Program-made: the position numbers and the translations under genes | Assembly (NCBI RefSeq): GCF_009914755.1 | Contig: NC_060934.1 | Direction: 5' to 3' (one strand) | DNA length: 64,000 nt | Source: the human T2T-CHM13v2.0 reference genome, Homo sapiens | Notes under the pieces: model-generated | The model's database searches: none | What the model was told of the DNA's origin: nothing | What the model saw: only the letters and a program-made list of their open reading frames with translations | Shown here: piece by piece, positions 34,210 to 47,657 of the stretch | Layout: every line of letters starts with the position of its first letter | Position numbering within the stretch: position 1 is the first letter of the stretch

Positions 34210-34420
34210 TAGACTTTGAGCCAAATGCCTAGGTTCAAATCCCAGCTCCATCAATCACTAGTTAGAAAATGTTGAGAAAATTACTAGATATAATTTTACC
34301 ATTTGCAAAGTAAGGGACAAAAATAATGTCTGGCTCATTGGATTACAGTGAGCATTACATTTGTAAATCTAGGTAAACCATTGATAACTAATGGGCACTT
34401 AGAAAGCACTCAACACTTTT
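34210..34420 (+). mobile_element. MIR
   Basis: agactttgagccaaatgcctaggttcaaatcccagctcc core. Confidence 0.65.
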
Positions 34421-34838
34421 TGGCTATGATAATCACTATATCTGGATATCCGTTCTATTTCTGTTCCAGCCCTCCACAATGTAAGTCCTACAAGGGACTT
34501 GTCTTGTCTGTTTCATTCCTTAGTACATCCTCAGTATCTAGAATAACATCTGGCACCTTATAGGCCATCAATATATATTAGAGGGCTTATTTGACAAGTG
34601 AATAAGCCATGATTATGTAGCAAACTGGAAACAGAGCTTCAAAATATGTTGTTTTTGCATGGCAGAATTTGATTCTGAAGAACAGTTCAAGGGCAAAAAG
34701 GAGGAGGTGCAGGGTGTCAAAATAAGTCAAATATATTGTGCCGCAAAGTTGGGACCCCACTAACGTGCAAATGCTCCTCAGAATGTTAAACAATTCCTAC
34801 CTGCAGCAACAATGAGAAATTGTGGGACCCTTATATGA

Positions 34839-35207
<369 letters not shown>

Positions 35208-36179
35208 TCAGAATTATGTTTATTTAAACAAATAACTATGAGGCATTTACCTTTAAGGATCCCAATTCCAGTGTTTAAAAGCATCATAGGAGGTAGAGGT
35301 AGTTGATAAGCAAGAAAAAAATTCAAGCAGGCATCATTTTGCGGTATGATGTCTAGTGGAGAAATGCATACTCAATTACTTTTAGAGTAAATACTCATAA
35401 TACTAATCAATAACTCTGAGAAGCAAAATCAAGACAAAGCTGTCTTTACCCATATGTAACTAATGAGGCATGTGACTCTGAGCAGGTCACTCAGCTGCTG
35501 TAGCTCCGATGCCCTCATCTATGAAATGAGAAGTTTGGCCTGGATGATGCCTGTGGTCCCTTTCTGGCCTATCCATTCTGTCATTCCCTGCCCAATGTCA
35601 AGACAGTAGCTGTCTTCAGTCGGGGCTAGTTCCGTCACACGCATTTAGAGCCAGAAGCAGCATGGCAAATCATCATTTTAAAGCTGAGGAAACCACTAGC
35701 CTGCAAGATGACATGACTCAGGCAGTCATGCCACCAAGATAGGAACGGATATCGGTCACCATGGCAGCCAAAATTGCTGGGTCCTGTCCAACCAGCAAGT
35801 ACAGAGGAACTTGAGGGAAACATGGATTTAGGGCAAATCAAGCTGTGGTTTGTGGGCCTATCTCCTTTGCCAACAATACTTGGGAGTAGCAGAGTTGGGG
35901 GTAGCTGATGCCAGGGAAATAAGGACAGTTTAGGGAGTCTATGAGCGATTTTGGAAACAGACGAGATCAGGAAACATGGGTTGGAGCTCTACGTGAATCT
36001 CGGCTCCTTCCTGGCATCTGTTGGTAGAGTTACCAGCTATCAATCTACTGCCCACCTCAGCAAACGTGGGCACCCTGAGTGTGAAACTTGGGTTTGCTGT
36101 CCCAATTTGCTCTACTAATTTATTTCCATGATGCAGGCAACACAGGAAGCCCCAGCTCAGCCGTGTGGATTCTCAAGTA

Positions 36180-36999
36180 CAGTAGGTCCTTGAATGTTCA
36201 ACGTCCTTTTATTATAATGTTGACGGGGGGGGGGGAAGCAGATTCTCAGTGGGGCCTCTGTCTATGTAGGGTTCACATGTTCTCCTTATGTCTGTGTGGG
36301 TTTTCTCCAGATACTCGAGTTTACTTCCATGTCCCAAAGATGTGCAATCGGCATGTCTACATAGTCCCTCTGGAGTGAGTAAGAGTGTGTGTATGAGTGT
36401 GTCCTACAATGAGTTGGTGCCCCATCCAGGATTGGGTCCTGCTTTGTGCCCTGAGCTGCCAGGACAGGCTCCAGCCACCCTTGATCTGAACTGGAATAAG
36501 CACGTTAGAAAATGAATGAGTACAAATTATTGTAAAATACAAATTCATAAAGTATATGCTAATCATACAAACACATGAAAATCAATGATGCAGTATGCAA
36601 GTATTCAGCAAGCCGCTGTAATTGTTACTATTTGCTTTTGAACTGTGAGTTGGGAGGAGGTGCTCCTTACAATTTTTACTTTGCAAACATTTATCCCTTG
36701 ATTTAACACATCACTACTATGACCATCACTCACTGATTCACTAAAAATGGGGTAATTATACGGTTTTCATTAATCTTTAATATATGCATAACTCATATTT
36801 GTTTCAATATTTAATATCAGAAGTATGTTGGGTCTTTATTTAGAAGTGTGATAATGTTTTTGTGACCAGAAATATGTCATAGGAACTTAACTCTTGTTTA
36901 TATCAATCAGCTTCTGGTAAAATTGATTTTCATATATGTTGTTTCACTTAAAGTCAGTTTCCAAGAACTATACTGACAATGTTAAGTGAGGACTTACTG
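36180..36999. mobile_element. MER6-like Tigger-family DNA transposon derivative (~820 bp)
   Basis: TA-cagtaggtcct ... gaggacttactg-TA terminal inverted repeats. Confidence 0.8.
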
Positions 37000-38279
37000 T
37001 ATTTCATTACATAGGCTGGCAGTGCTACAGGACTCTATATTATCTTTAACCCTGAAAAGAGCAGGGCCTCTTGTTTTTTCAGTTTTAAAAATCTCAACTT
37101 TTCAGCATTGTTGAGGAGCTCTGGCTGACATTAAAGAGCAGAGAAGTTAGAGGAAATCATATTGAGTCCCTTGGTTAATTTCCCCTGAAGTTCTTTATCA
37201 GTTTCCCCACCACTTCCTGCCCACCTAATTCCAAATCCTATATACTTAGAGCCAAAGTGAACATAACAGTTCCGCCAATTAAAACAGATTTTCAATGCTT
37301 ACACTGTCCTGGTCATTGCACAAGCTCATAATATATGTTAAGTTTCCAGGGTAGTAAGTTGGAAATTCTTGCTTCAGGTGTAAAAAGCCAAGTGATACAG
37401 TGCTGTCAATATGCTGGTCTCTATCTGTAATAATCTCTCTTCCACATCCTTCCTAGTATCATCTGATCACTTTTTTAAAAAAATTGGTGTTCATGCAATA
37501 CGTACCCCACTCATCCCTTACCAAACATCTAATTTTCAGGCTAACCCAAGCCCCGTACTGTGATTATTCTGCAAGCATCCAGCACCAAGGGATAGAGCTA
37601 ATTTATTCATTGGAGCTGAATATTCATTGGAAAGACTGCTTTGTAATTAAGTCAGTTCAATGAACTGCCAAATTCTTTACTCCTCTTGAGTAGCTCTACT
37701 TTCCATTACAGGTTAATTAACATCAGACCAGGAGTTCTTATTATGTTCCCAAAATAAATTTAGAACTTCTTCAATGACTAACTTAATATATAAAAATGCA
37801 TCTGGCTTATTTGAATTCACAGCCGGTCCCACTTGTGTCTTCTCAGTAGACAGATCCTGACCAAAGAAGCAGAAAGGGAGTGGGCCAGCCCAGAGGTGGC
37901 TCCCAATGCTACCACAGTTCTTTCTTACTATTGCATTTTTCCATTTAAAGAGGACTACGATGCTGGGGTGGGAGTAAGGAACGTTTGGCAAAAAAAGCCG
38001 GATGAGAACTCTAGCTAAATCTAGCTCAGTTATAGGATTTTGAAAGGTTTTAGTGAACCTTTTCAATCTGCTTTGAAAGGTTTTAGTTTAAGGACCATAT
38101 TATCATCATTACTATGGGAAAATCTGTTTTGAAACCCAAATATTTGATTTATAACACAAATTTTGGAAAGCAGTCCATTATAACTACGACATGTACTAAT
38201 CCAGGCGTAATAAAGAAAAGGTAAAGCCTATGAAGTAAAGGCTATCATATAAATAGAACACAGTTTGCCAGGCACTTAA

Positions 38280-38568
<289 letters not shown>

Positions 38569-40340
38569 CTAAAGTTGGCTAGATTTTTTTTTTTTTTTTT
38601 AAATAAGAGGCAAGTCCTAAGAAAACACGAGAGTGTGTTGGGGATTTAACACAACAACTTCCCAAAGCCTTTCAGCTTAGGTTATGTCTAATGCTATGTC
38701 TAAAGGCCATTAAAAGCTTAGCCCCATCTCCTATCACTTTACTATGTGATTTCATAGATGTTCAAGTGTTCAAAGTGCTGACCTGGGGGTACATCAACAT
38801 CACCTGAGAAAATATAAGTACAATATTCAAAAAATAAATCAGTCAGAAAAATGGTCACAGTTTTGCTTCTACTACAAGAGCAGAGACAATCTCATTCCAT
38901 CCTATTTTCCCATACACCTGAGTTAATCCAGATTGTGCCTATATATTGGAAAGAAGTGACTAACAGAATTCATGAGGGGGCTATTAAAATACATCACGTG
39001 CATCTGACATGAAAATAGCTAAGAGCAATCCACAATGGTCCTTGACAAAGCCTTCACAAAGTAAAGCAATGGAGACAAGTCAGGTAAAACAAGCAATGTC
39101 TGTGTCAGCTGTCTGTTCAGGTGATCAGTGGAATTTTGCTCAGTCCTGGCAATTCTCCTAAGGTGGAAGACATCTGACCCTTGCATTCTGGAAAACTGTC
39201 TTTTAAAAAAAAGACAAAACAAGTAGTCAGTCTGTGTTACAGATAAACTAAGACAGGTGTTCATAGACCACAGAGTATCCCCAGGTGTCTATTTGATTAA
39301 TCAAGCTGTGATTGCTTTCAGAATTTTAAGAACAAGTTCTAGGTCATCACACAGCTCATGCAATGCTGAGAACAGAAAGAGTTGAGGGAAGTCTGCCAGT
39401 GAGGAGCAAGGAAAAGGGGGAGGAAGAGTGGTCACTTCCTAGACTAGAAGATCAAAGTTATAATTGAAAAGAAACTTACCTACATATATCTAAAATACAG
39501 GAAAAAGGAGAAATACGCAAAAAAAATCAGAAAGAACTATACAGCAAGATAAATATGGTTGTCCCTTGGCTGAAAGTTATGCCGTTGATAATTTATCTTC
39601 CTATTTTTTCCTGGCCTGCCCAATTTCTTAATCAACATCTGCTATTTTTATTATAGAAAAAAACCCAGATATCTAATCTTAAAAAAACTGAGTTTCCTAG
39701 TATAATTGAATAGTACATCCAAAAACAGCAATCCATTAATATGGTATTATCTGGCATATTTAAAATACAGAATGAGCTAATCAACCTTCAGAAGAATAAA
39801 TGACAGTGAAAGCTCAGTTATTTGGAAGATAGAATTTTCCAGATAGCTCAGAGTTTACTTTCTTTAATACAGCTTACATCTTTTTTCTTCTAAAAAATTA
39901 TGTTCCTGTAAGAATTAGATTTGTTCTTTGAAACTGACATAATTTCAGGACAACATTAATATGCCATTATTAACATGAAAATGACACTATTTCATAACTT
40001 ATCAGTTCAATAAATTTTGCTTTCAATGAGAAATAACTTTTGAAATAGACACACATTTAATTACTCAGATTAACACAGTTTCTAGTCTTAACATTTTCAT
40101 CACTTTAACATCAACATAATATTACAGAAATTTGCATACTGGGTTCATTACTCGAGGGGATTCTTTTAACCGATAATTGCCGTTTAGGGAAAGCAAGTTT
40201 CACAGTATTGTGTATACATTCTTTTACTACATCAAGAGTTCAGTGGAGAAGTCCTCAGGAAAGAAATGACATCTGTAACTGTTGCAAATATACTATCAGA
40301 TCAGTGGCTACCATCAGACTATTACCTAAAATAAGCATCT

Positions 40341-41290
40341 TGCTGGGTGTGGTGGTGCATGTCTGTAATCCCAGCTACTTGGGAGGCTCATGCAGGAGGA
40401 CTGCTTGAACCGAGGAATTTGAGACCACCCTGGGCAACACAGTGACAGGGACAGGGGGGCAGAGAAATTCTAGGCAGAAAAGGGTAGGTCCCTGGCAAAA
40501 CCCCATCCTCAAGCCAAAAAGCCTGAAACCACAGTCCAAAGTGAGAACTCATATCCCTGTTTTTCCACTCGAATGTTGCCTTTTCCTAAACCACCCATGG
40601 CCCTGTCCCACCCCACCCTATGCTTATAAAAAAAAAACAACCCCAGACTCAGCCGGTAGACAGGACTACAGCTGGAGGTTGGAGAGAAGCGGTTTGACTT
40701 CGGAGGGACAGCTTGCTGGCGTAACTTTGGAGAAGACTACAGGCAGACTTCAGGGGAAGATTACCTACCTGCCCCATCCCCTTTTCAGCTCCCCTTCCAG
40801 CTAAGAGCCACTTTCATCGGCAATAAAATCCCCCACATTTACCATCCTTCAATTCATTTGTGCAACCTCATTTTTCCTGGATGCCAGACAAGAGCTCAGG
40901 AGCTATGAGTGCAGATACAAAAGGCTGTCACACTGGCCCTTTGCCCTTGCTGGTGGAGGGCAGCCGACTCATGCAAAAAGGCAAAGGGCCCACTGAACTC
41001 TTAACACTTAAGCCGTCCATGGACAGCAGAGCTAAAAGAGTACAGTAACACACCCTCTGGGGCTTCAGGAGTTACAGGCACCCCCGCCTAGATGCTGCTA
41101 CGGGGCCAGCACAGAGTTCGTTCCTGCCAGTACCTAAGCAGCCAGCCGGTGCCAGCACTTGTTCACTCCAGTTCCCACACTGGAGTTGAGAGTGGTGGGC
41201 TGAGTAAATGAGACACCCCTCTCACAACTACTGTGAAGGGGTCAGGGAAATATCCTGCTTCAATGGCAAGACTTTGTTGTCTCCCAACCC
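40341..41290 (+). mobile_element. FLAM-like Alu monomer split by an LTR (pieces 40341-40442 and ~41263-41290)
   Basis: ...ctgggcaacacag resumes as atggcaagact... after the LTR. Confidence 0.75.
40443..41262 (+). mobile_element. ERV1 solo LTR, MER50/MER66-family-like (820 bp), antisense to CCDC6
   Basis: TG...CA termini; TATA-like ttataaa near 40624; AATAAA at 40822-40827; 4-bp flanks acag/atgg. Confidence 0.85.
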
Positions 41291-42863
41291 AAAATATTAT
41301 TAAAGTTAAAACAAGCTTCTTTAAAAACAACAGGGCAACTTCTCTTGCCCTAATGTGATTTATCCAAAATGGAAGTTTTGGACAAACTTGATGTTCTTTA
41401 TCCAAAATGGAAGTTTCCTTGATAAATCATTTCTTTCTTGTCATTACCACATTCATCCCACTTCCTTACATAGGGATGATGAGTTTATTTAGCCATTCAT
41501 TCATTTGCTGTGTGTTCAGCTAGAGAGAACACCTAAGTCATCAAGCAAATTCTTGTTTTGATCATAAAGAAACAGACCTGTGCATTTCACAATTACAACT
41601 AGAAAGTCTCAGTACAGTATCCCTGGGTTTCACTGCTCTACTGCAGCAAACCACTGCCCTTCAATTTAACATGCAAGGTCTTTGTCCCCAGTGGGTAACC
41701 AGAAGATGCACATCATTGGATCATGATGAGCTGCCTCTCCTTTGACACAGGAAATACATTGAGTTTTTCCCCTTCCATCATGTAACATCATCTGTACAAG
41801 TTGACCTATATGTGGCATCTGATGCTTCAAAATAAAGTCTTACAAGACTTACAAGATGGAACACAGTGAGTTTTTCTATTTAATTGAAATTGAGTCTAGG
41901 AAAGGAATTCTGGGGGATTTTTTTCCTTTTTCATATCCTACAGAGAGACTTATCTGTGTCCCTTGACACAGCTCAGAGTCTATTTTCACAGGTCTGGAGT
42001 TGGCACCCCTAAGTTGGCTTCATCACATCCCAAAAAATGGATTCCAAAACAAATCAACTCAACAGACAGCCTCCTGAAGCTTCTTTTGAGTATGGTGTAT
42101 TGACCCTAGTTTTCTCACTTCCAAGGCACAAAATTCCATTTATTTATCAGCTATTATCTGAGGTTTCTTCCCCACCTCTCTTGGACAAGCAGTGGGTGGG
42201 ATGAATGCACCCAAGCTTCTCAGGCAACTGAAACATCACTGTGGATTCGCTATAATCAAATTCCCACCAAGCCGACTTCAGGGTTTACTATGATTATGTC
42301 TCCAATAGAGCTTATCTAAATGTGCAGACATAAGTTATGATGTTTTATTTTTTAAAAAGCAGGGCAGCCAATTACAAATCCACTTAAAAAAGAGAGGAAG
42401 AGAAAAGAGGAGGAGGAGGAGGAGAAGATGAAGAAAAACATCAATAGCTGTTTTTCTAGGGGAACGGCAATCTAGGTCATGTTTTCTCATTTTTGTACTT
42501 CTTTTTGTACTTGTTTTCCAAACTGTCTTGAAAGAACAATGGATTATTTGTACAATGCAAACGTTTGATTTGAAAAAAAATTCCAAGACTTCCATAATCT
42601 GAAATTTGTATTTATAACTAAACTACAAAGTATGCATGGTAGTCACTAAATTTCATTTCCTTAATGCAAGTGACTCCTCAAGGAACATGGTTGTTCTTTG
42701 TGTTTTCAAAATGGCACACAAAAATCGGTAGGTGCTCTACTCAGCACAATTTCATTGGATTCCTCTAGCTGTCAGAATCTGCAAGGGAAGCTTTTAGCAT
42801 GAATGGAATTCTAAACAAGACCCAGTATGGTCACACTACCTGTGAATTTAAGAGAAACACCAT

Positions 42864-43236
42864 TGATATGGTTTAGCTCTGTGTCCCAATGCAAATCTCA
42901 TCTTGAATTGTACTCCCATAATTCCCACATGTTGTGGGAGGGAACTGGTGGGAGATAATTGAATCATAGGGGCAGTTTCCCCCATAGCGTTCTTGTGGTA
43001 GTGAATAAGTCTCACGAGATCTGATGGCTTTATCAGGGGTTTCTGCTTTTGCGTATTCTTCATTCTCTCTTTGCCTACTGCTGTCCATGTAAGACGGGAC
43101 ATGCTCCTCCTTGCCTTCTGCCATGATTGTGGGCCTTCCCCAGCTCCAAGGAACTAATCCAATTAAACCTCTTTCTTTTGTAAATTGCCCAGTCTAGGGT
43201 ATGTCTTCATCAGCAGCGTGAAAAAGGACTAATACA
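42864..43236 (+). mobile_element. THE1 (THE1B-like) MaLR solo LTR
   Basis: tgatatggttt...ggactaataca termini; perfect 5-bp TSD accat at 42859-42863 / 43237-43241. Confidence 0.92.
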
Positions 43237-46200
43237 ACCATGTTTTACAGGAGTTAGTAAAACCACATCACCCAAGGATGCAAACTTGAATATGAGCCAC
43301 TAGCCACTGAGTTCACTCATAAATCACAAGGACACAAAGATTATCTGTATAATTCACTAGAGTTAGTTGCTGTAGCTACTAAAACAAGTGGCATCAGAAT
43401 TGTATGGGAACTGGCTATGATGTCAGTTTGGTTATATTTTTGAATGAATTGCCTTCTAGACAACCAAGGCAGAAAGGCCATCTTGTATCCTTAGCACTAT
43501 CCTTAACTGTTTTTAACATCTTAAGAGCCACTATTCTAAGAACTGGAAATGTGAAAATTTTCTTTCCTTCCTGATAAGACTTTAAAATATACTAAATATT
43601 TTCCTGCTTAAGACAATGAATTTAAAAAATTTTGTCCTGAGGATTCAAATTCATTATTCTAAACCCTGGCCTCTGTGATTTGCTGCAGCTGTAGATGATG
43701 AGGGGCACTGAGATGAGTGAGGGTCACTCCCTGTACTGCCCCTGGAAGCTGGGGTCCCATCAAGCCCCTTTAAGTCATCCAGTGTCATCTAGTGGCTGAA
43801 GATAATCACTGAACATGGTTAGCACTGAGGCTTGCACAAGCCCTGGTAGAGCTATGTGGCTTCCTTCCATCTGGCATTCACTGTAAAGACAAGCCTAAAC
43901 CCTCAAGTACACCACACAGCAGATACCAAAACCTCCTCTTACTCCATGACCCCCAAAGTAGAGGCAGGGAGTCAACTTCAAATCTCCTTCACAGCTCTTT
44001 TTCTGTTCTTGGCATCTTTACTCTATATAGTACCTGCAAATACTTTTTACTACCTATTTTCTCTCCTCATTTCTGCCTCCTCTCCCATCTCTGCTTCCCT
44101 GCAACATGGCTGAACATAGACCCACTTAACCAGTGGGTCTTTTCTCCTGCATCAATCTCAGAGCAGCTGCAGGCATTCTCTGCTGGCTAGGGGGCTGCTG
44201 TGCTATGGTGGGAGCACCACTACTCTCCTCCACTACAGTACTCTGCCCAGTGCATCCCTCAGCACTGGCCTCCCTGGACCAGGCTTCTCAAGGCCAGGGA
44301 CCTCCCATCATCTTTCTTAGAAGAGTTTGTGACACACAGCAGACATGCAATACAGGTGTACTGGATTAATGCAGGATGCATGCCATACAAGGGCATCAAC
44401 AGCAGCATGGGCAAAGAAGAAAGTTAAAGAGGCCAGATCACAAATGACATATGAGCATAAATATGTCCATACCTGAAGAGACAGATAACCAGTTCAAGGA
44501 AGGTAGTGAAACATTTGAGGCTTAAATGATATACACACTTATTTTCCTGGAAAATGGGTAGGGCAAAGGGCAAAGTACCATAGGAATTAGATGACATTTT
44601 TCAGTATAAATGGCAGCAGCTACAATTTTTGGAGAGCTAACAGATTAGAGTCACCAGGGATACAGTGTTAAGGTCAACCTTGTCTCGGCCCTCCTTCATC
44701 TTATAGGGAAGCTATTAGAAAGAAACAATTAAACAGAGTACTGAATGTTACAAGAGTAGTTCTGAATATTATAGAAATACCTCATAGCACAGACACCTAA
44801 CTGACTGGAGGAGGGACGCTAGTAAGGCTTGAGCAGGGATAGGATAGAGGAGGGAGAAAGTGTTCCAGGCAGAGGAAACAGATCCATGAAGATCTGGAGG
44901 CACCAAAGCATTGGGCAAGGCAGAGCACTTTTTTCAAACTGAAGGTCAAGACCCATTACTGGATTTTGAAATTAGTCTAGTCTTTTATGACCTACATTTT
45001 AATAACAATGAAATATGATTAAATAGAAAATCAGTGCAAAGCATGTAAGTACCGTTTTATGAAAGTCATCACAGTGACACATACAATTATATATCATCAG
45101 TGACTAGGTTACCATATAAATGTATTTCTTGCTGTGTAGTCCACATTTGAATAATCCTGCATCAGAAAGAACTTTAGTACACATGGAGTGTGAGGACAGG
45201 CAGGAAGGACAACTAAGCCTCCCCAAAATATACAAATAAGAATTGCAACTGCTTCACAGAAGAGGTCAAATTGCATGCATGAGGCCACACTGTTTATTAC
45301 AGATGAAAGGGAGATTTGAACCCAGGGAAGTTTCCCTAAACTACACGGGCTAAGATATCATTATAAATGGATGCTAATAAGCTAAAATTAATATACCAAT
45401 CCTAAATCCAACCTTTATATATGGGTTTTAGTGCTATGGAAGAAGGGGGACATCTCAGATAAGAAAATATGTCCCTAAATTCCAGGAATAACTGAAAAAA
45501 AGACACAGGGCCAACTACAGGAAGGAAAAAGTAAGGGGTCTGGTACATGGTAGGCAATCCTGTTACACCATGTAAGTGTTAGCTGAATTAGATGACTAAC
45601 CCTCCACGGATATAGTGCCCTATTTTTCTACAGTACTACTTAATAACCATGGAGTGTCTAAAACCCACGTACCGTATGCCACTGTTGTCTTCTTCCCCAT
45701 CAGATAATTTTCAGAGCAGAGTACACAAAGGCCCTCATATCTGATGAGCTAAACTTCACTTATTATATAAACTAATGTGTGCCTTTTAATGCTAGACAAG
45801 TAAGGAAAATTTTCCCTAAGTGGCAGAACATATTATTCAGAATAAGATTTCTTGACATGAACAGAAAATTCCAAGTTCCAAATGTTCTTACCATTACCTA
45901 AGAAAATGTGAATAGCAAATAAGAGATGTATAGTGACCACGTTTGAAGAAAAATCTGCAAGTCAGGGTTTATAGGCACTGGCCACCAGTGTTTGTTTAGA
46001 AAGCCCCAATATCATTAAAGCCATGTTGACTAGATTAATCCAATTTACTAGACTAATACTGTGTGCTACAAAGACCACACAATTTTACATTATCCTGAAT
46101 ATGCTTTTTTACATCTGCTTATAAATTGACTTTTGGCATCAAGCATTTAAGATGCTAAATAAATGCCAAAAAGGTAACTAAAATAAATGATTAAGAACTA

Positions 46201-47109
46201 ATGCAGGCTGTTTGAACAGGAAAGCAGTAGAGTTCTTTGAAGTATAAAAGAAAGATGACATTGCCTTTACTTTTGCAAAGGCTAAAGTCTTTCCAGGGTC
46301 TAAAAGACCACTAAGATGAGAACCAGGGGACCACGTTTGCCACTCATTAGCTGTGTGACTTAAGAAACCCTCCCAATCTCTCTCCGGATTTCCATTTCTG
46401 AAAAGGGAGCATGAGCAAGCTGGGCCACTCACAGGCCAAACTGATCTATCACTAAGCAGTGATTCCCACCAAGCCCAACTCTGCAGCAAACTCTGGAGGG
46501 AGAGGACATGAGAATAAGAGGCTGTTGTCCCAATTTCTAAGAGCAGAGCTGATGCCCCTACCCCTGGATTTATTTGTGATTTTCCCACTGTCTCATGTCC
46601 CCACTAGCGTCTGGGGAAAAAGGTAGTCTTCCCAACATCTTGGACTTCTAGCTCTACAATTCTGTGAATTATAATACTGCAAAACACCAACAGAACCATT
46701 TATAGCCCATAGACCTTCATGATCTAGCTGTGAACATTCCCTGTTTGAAGAATAAGTGGATTCCAGATTCAAGGCCTATGAAAAGAATGAATGATATCTG
46801 ACTAATTGAAGTGTCCATACCAAAGGACTAACTTTCAGTGAGATAAACTTACAGTGAGGCCCTGCTGACATGTGAGTTAACTGGGGCCTTCCTAGGAAGA
46901 AACTCAGCCCAGTTAAGTTCTGCTTTACAGAGAACAGAAAGGAGCCAACTCAGAAACCATGATAACCCAAGCTCTACTTTCAAAACAAACACATCGTGAC
47001 CAACTCAAATCTCTGGCAGAATGCCTTCCAATATCCCTTCTGCAGGTTCACCCACTACATGCAAAGTATGGATTATTTTAAAATTACATTTTGTTTCCAC
47101 AATTTTAAG

Positions 47110-47657
47110 GAGAGTTACCATGTGACCCAGCAATTTCACTCCTTGGCATATGACTAAGAAAAATGAAAACATATGTCCACACAAAAAAATTATACGTGAA
47201 TGTTCATAGCAGCATTCTTCATAATAACTAAAAGATGGAAACAACCTAAATGTCCATCAAACGATAAATGGATAATTGATGAGTGTGGTATATCCATACC
47301 ATAGATGATTATTTAGCCAGAAAAAAAGAAGAGTACAGATACAACAGGGATGAAAACATTATGGTAAATGAAAGAAGCCAATCACAAAAGACCACATATT
47401 ATGATTCTATTTACATGAAATGTCCAGAATAGGCAAATACACAGACAGAAAGTAGAACAGCAGTTGCTTAGAGGTTATAGGGGATTAGAGGTGACAGATG
47501 AATGGTACGGGGTTTCATTTTGAGTTCACAACAATGTCCTAAAATTGATTTGGTGATGGTTGCACAACTCCGAATACACTGAAAACCACTGGGTTGTACC
47601 TTTTAAGTGGGTGAATTGTAGGATATGTAAATTACATCTCACTAGGGCTGTTAAAAA
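47110..47657 (+). mobile_element. L1MB-like 3' fragment
   Basis: gagttaccatgtgacccagcaatt...gaaatgtccagaataggcaaat...ggtgatggttgcacaact. Confidence 0.8.

Noticed and set aside
35620-36070. Mild CpG enrichment with an AP-1 motif
   Set aside because: Too weak for a CpG island; AP-1 heptamers occur throughout the window at near-chance frequency.
40442-41048. ORFs of 120 and 62 aa
   Set aside because: Lie inside a solo LTR and show no gag/pol/env similarity that I can see.
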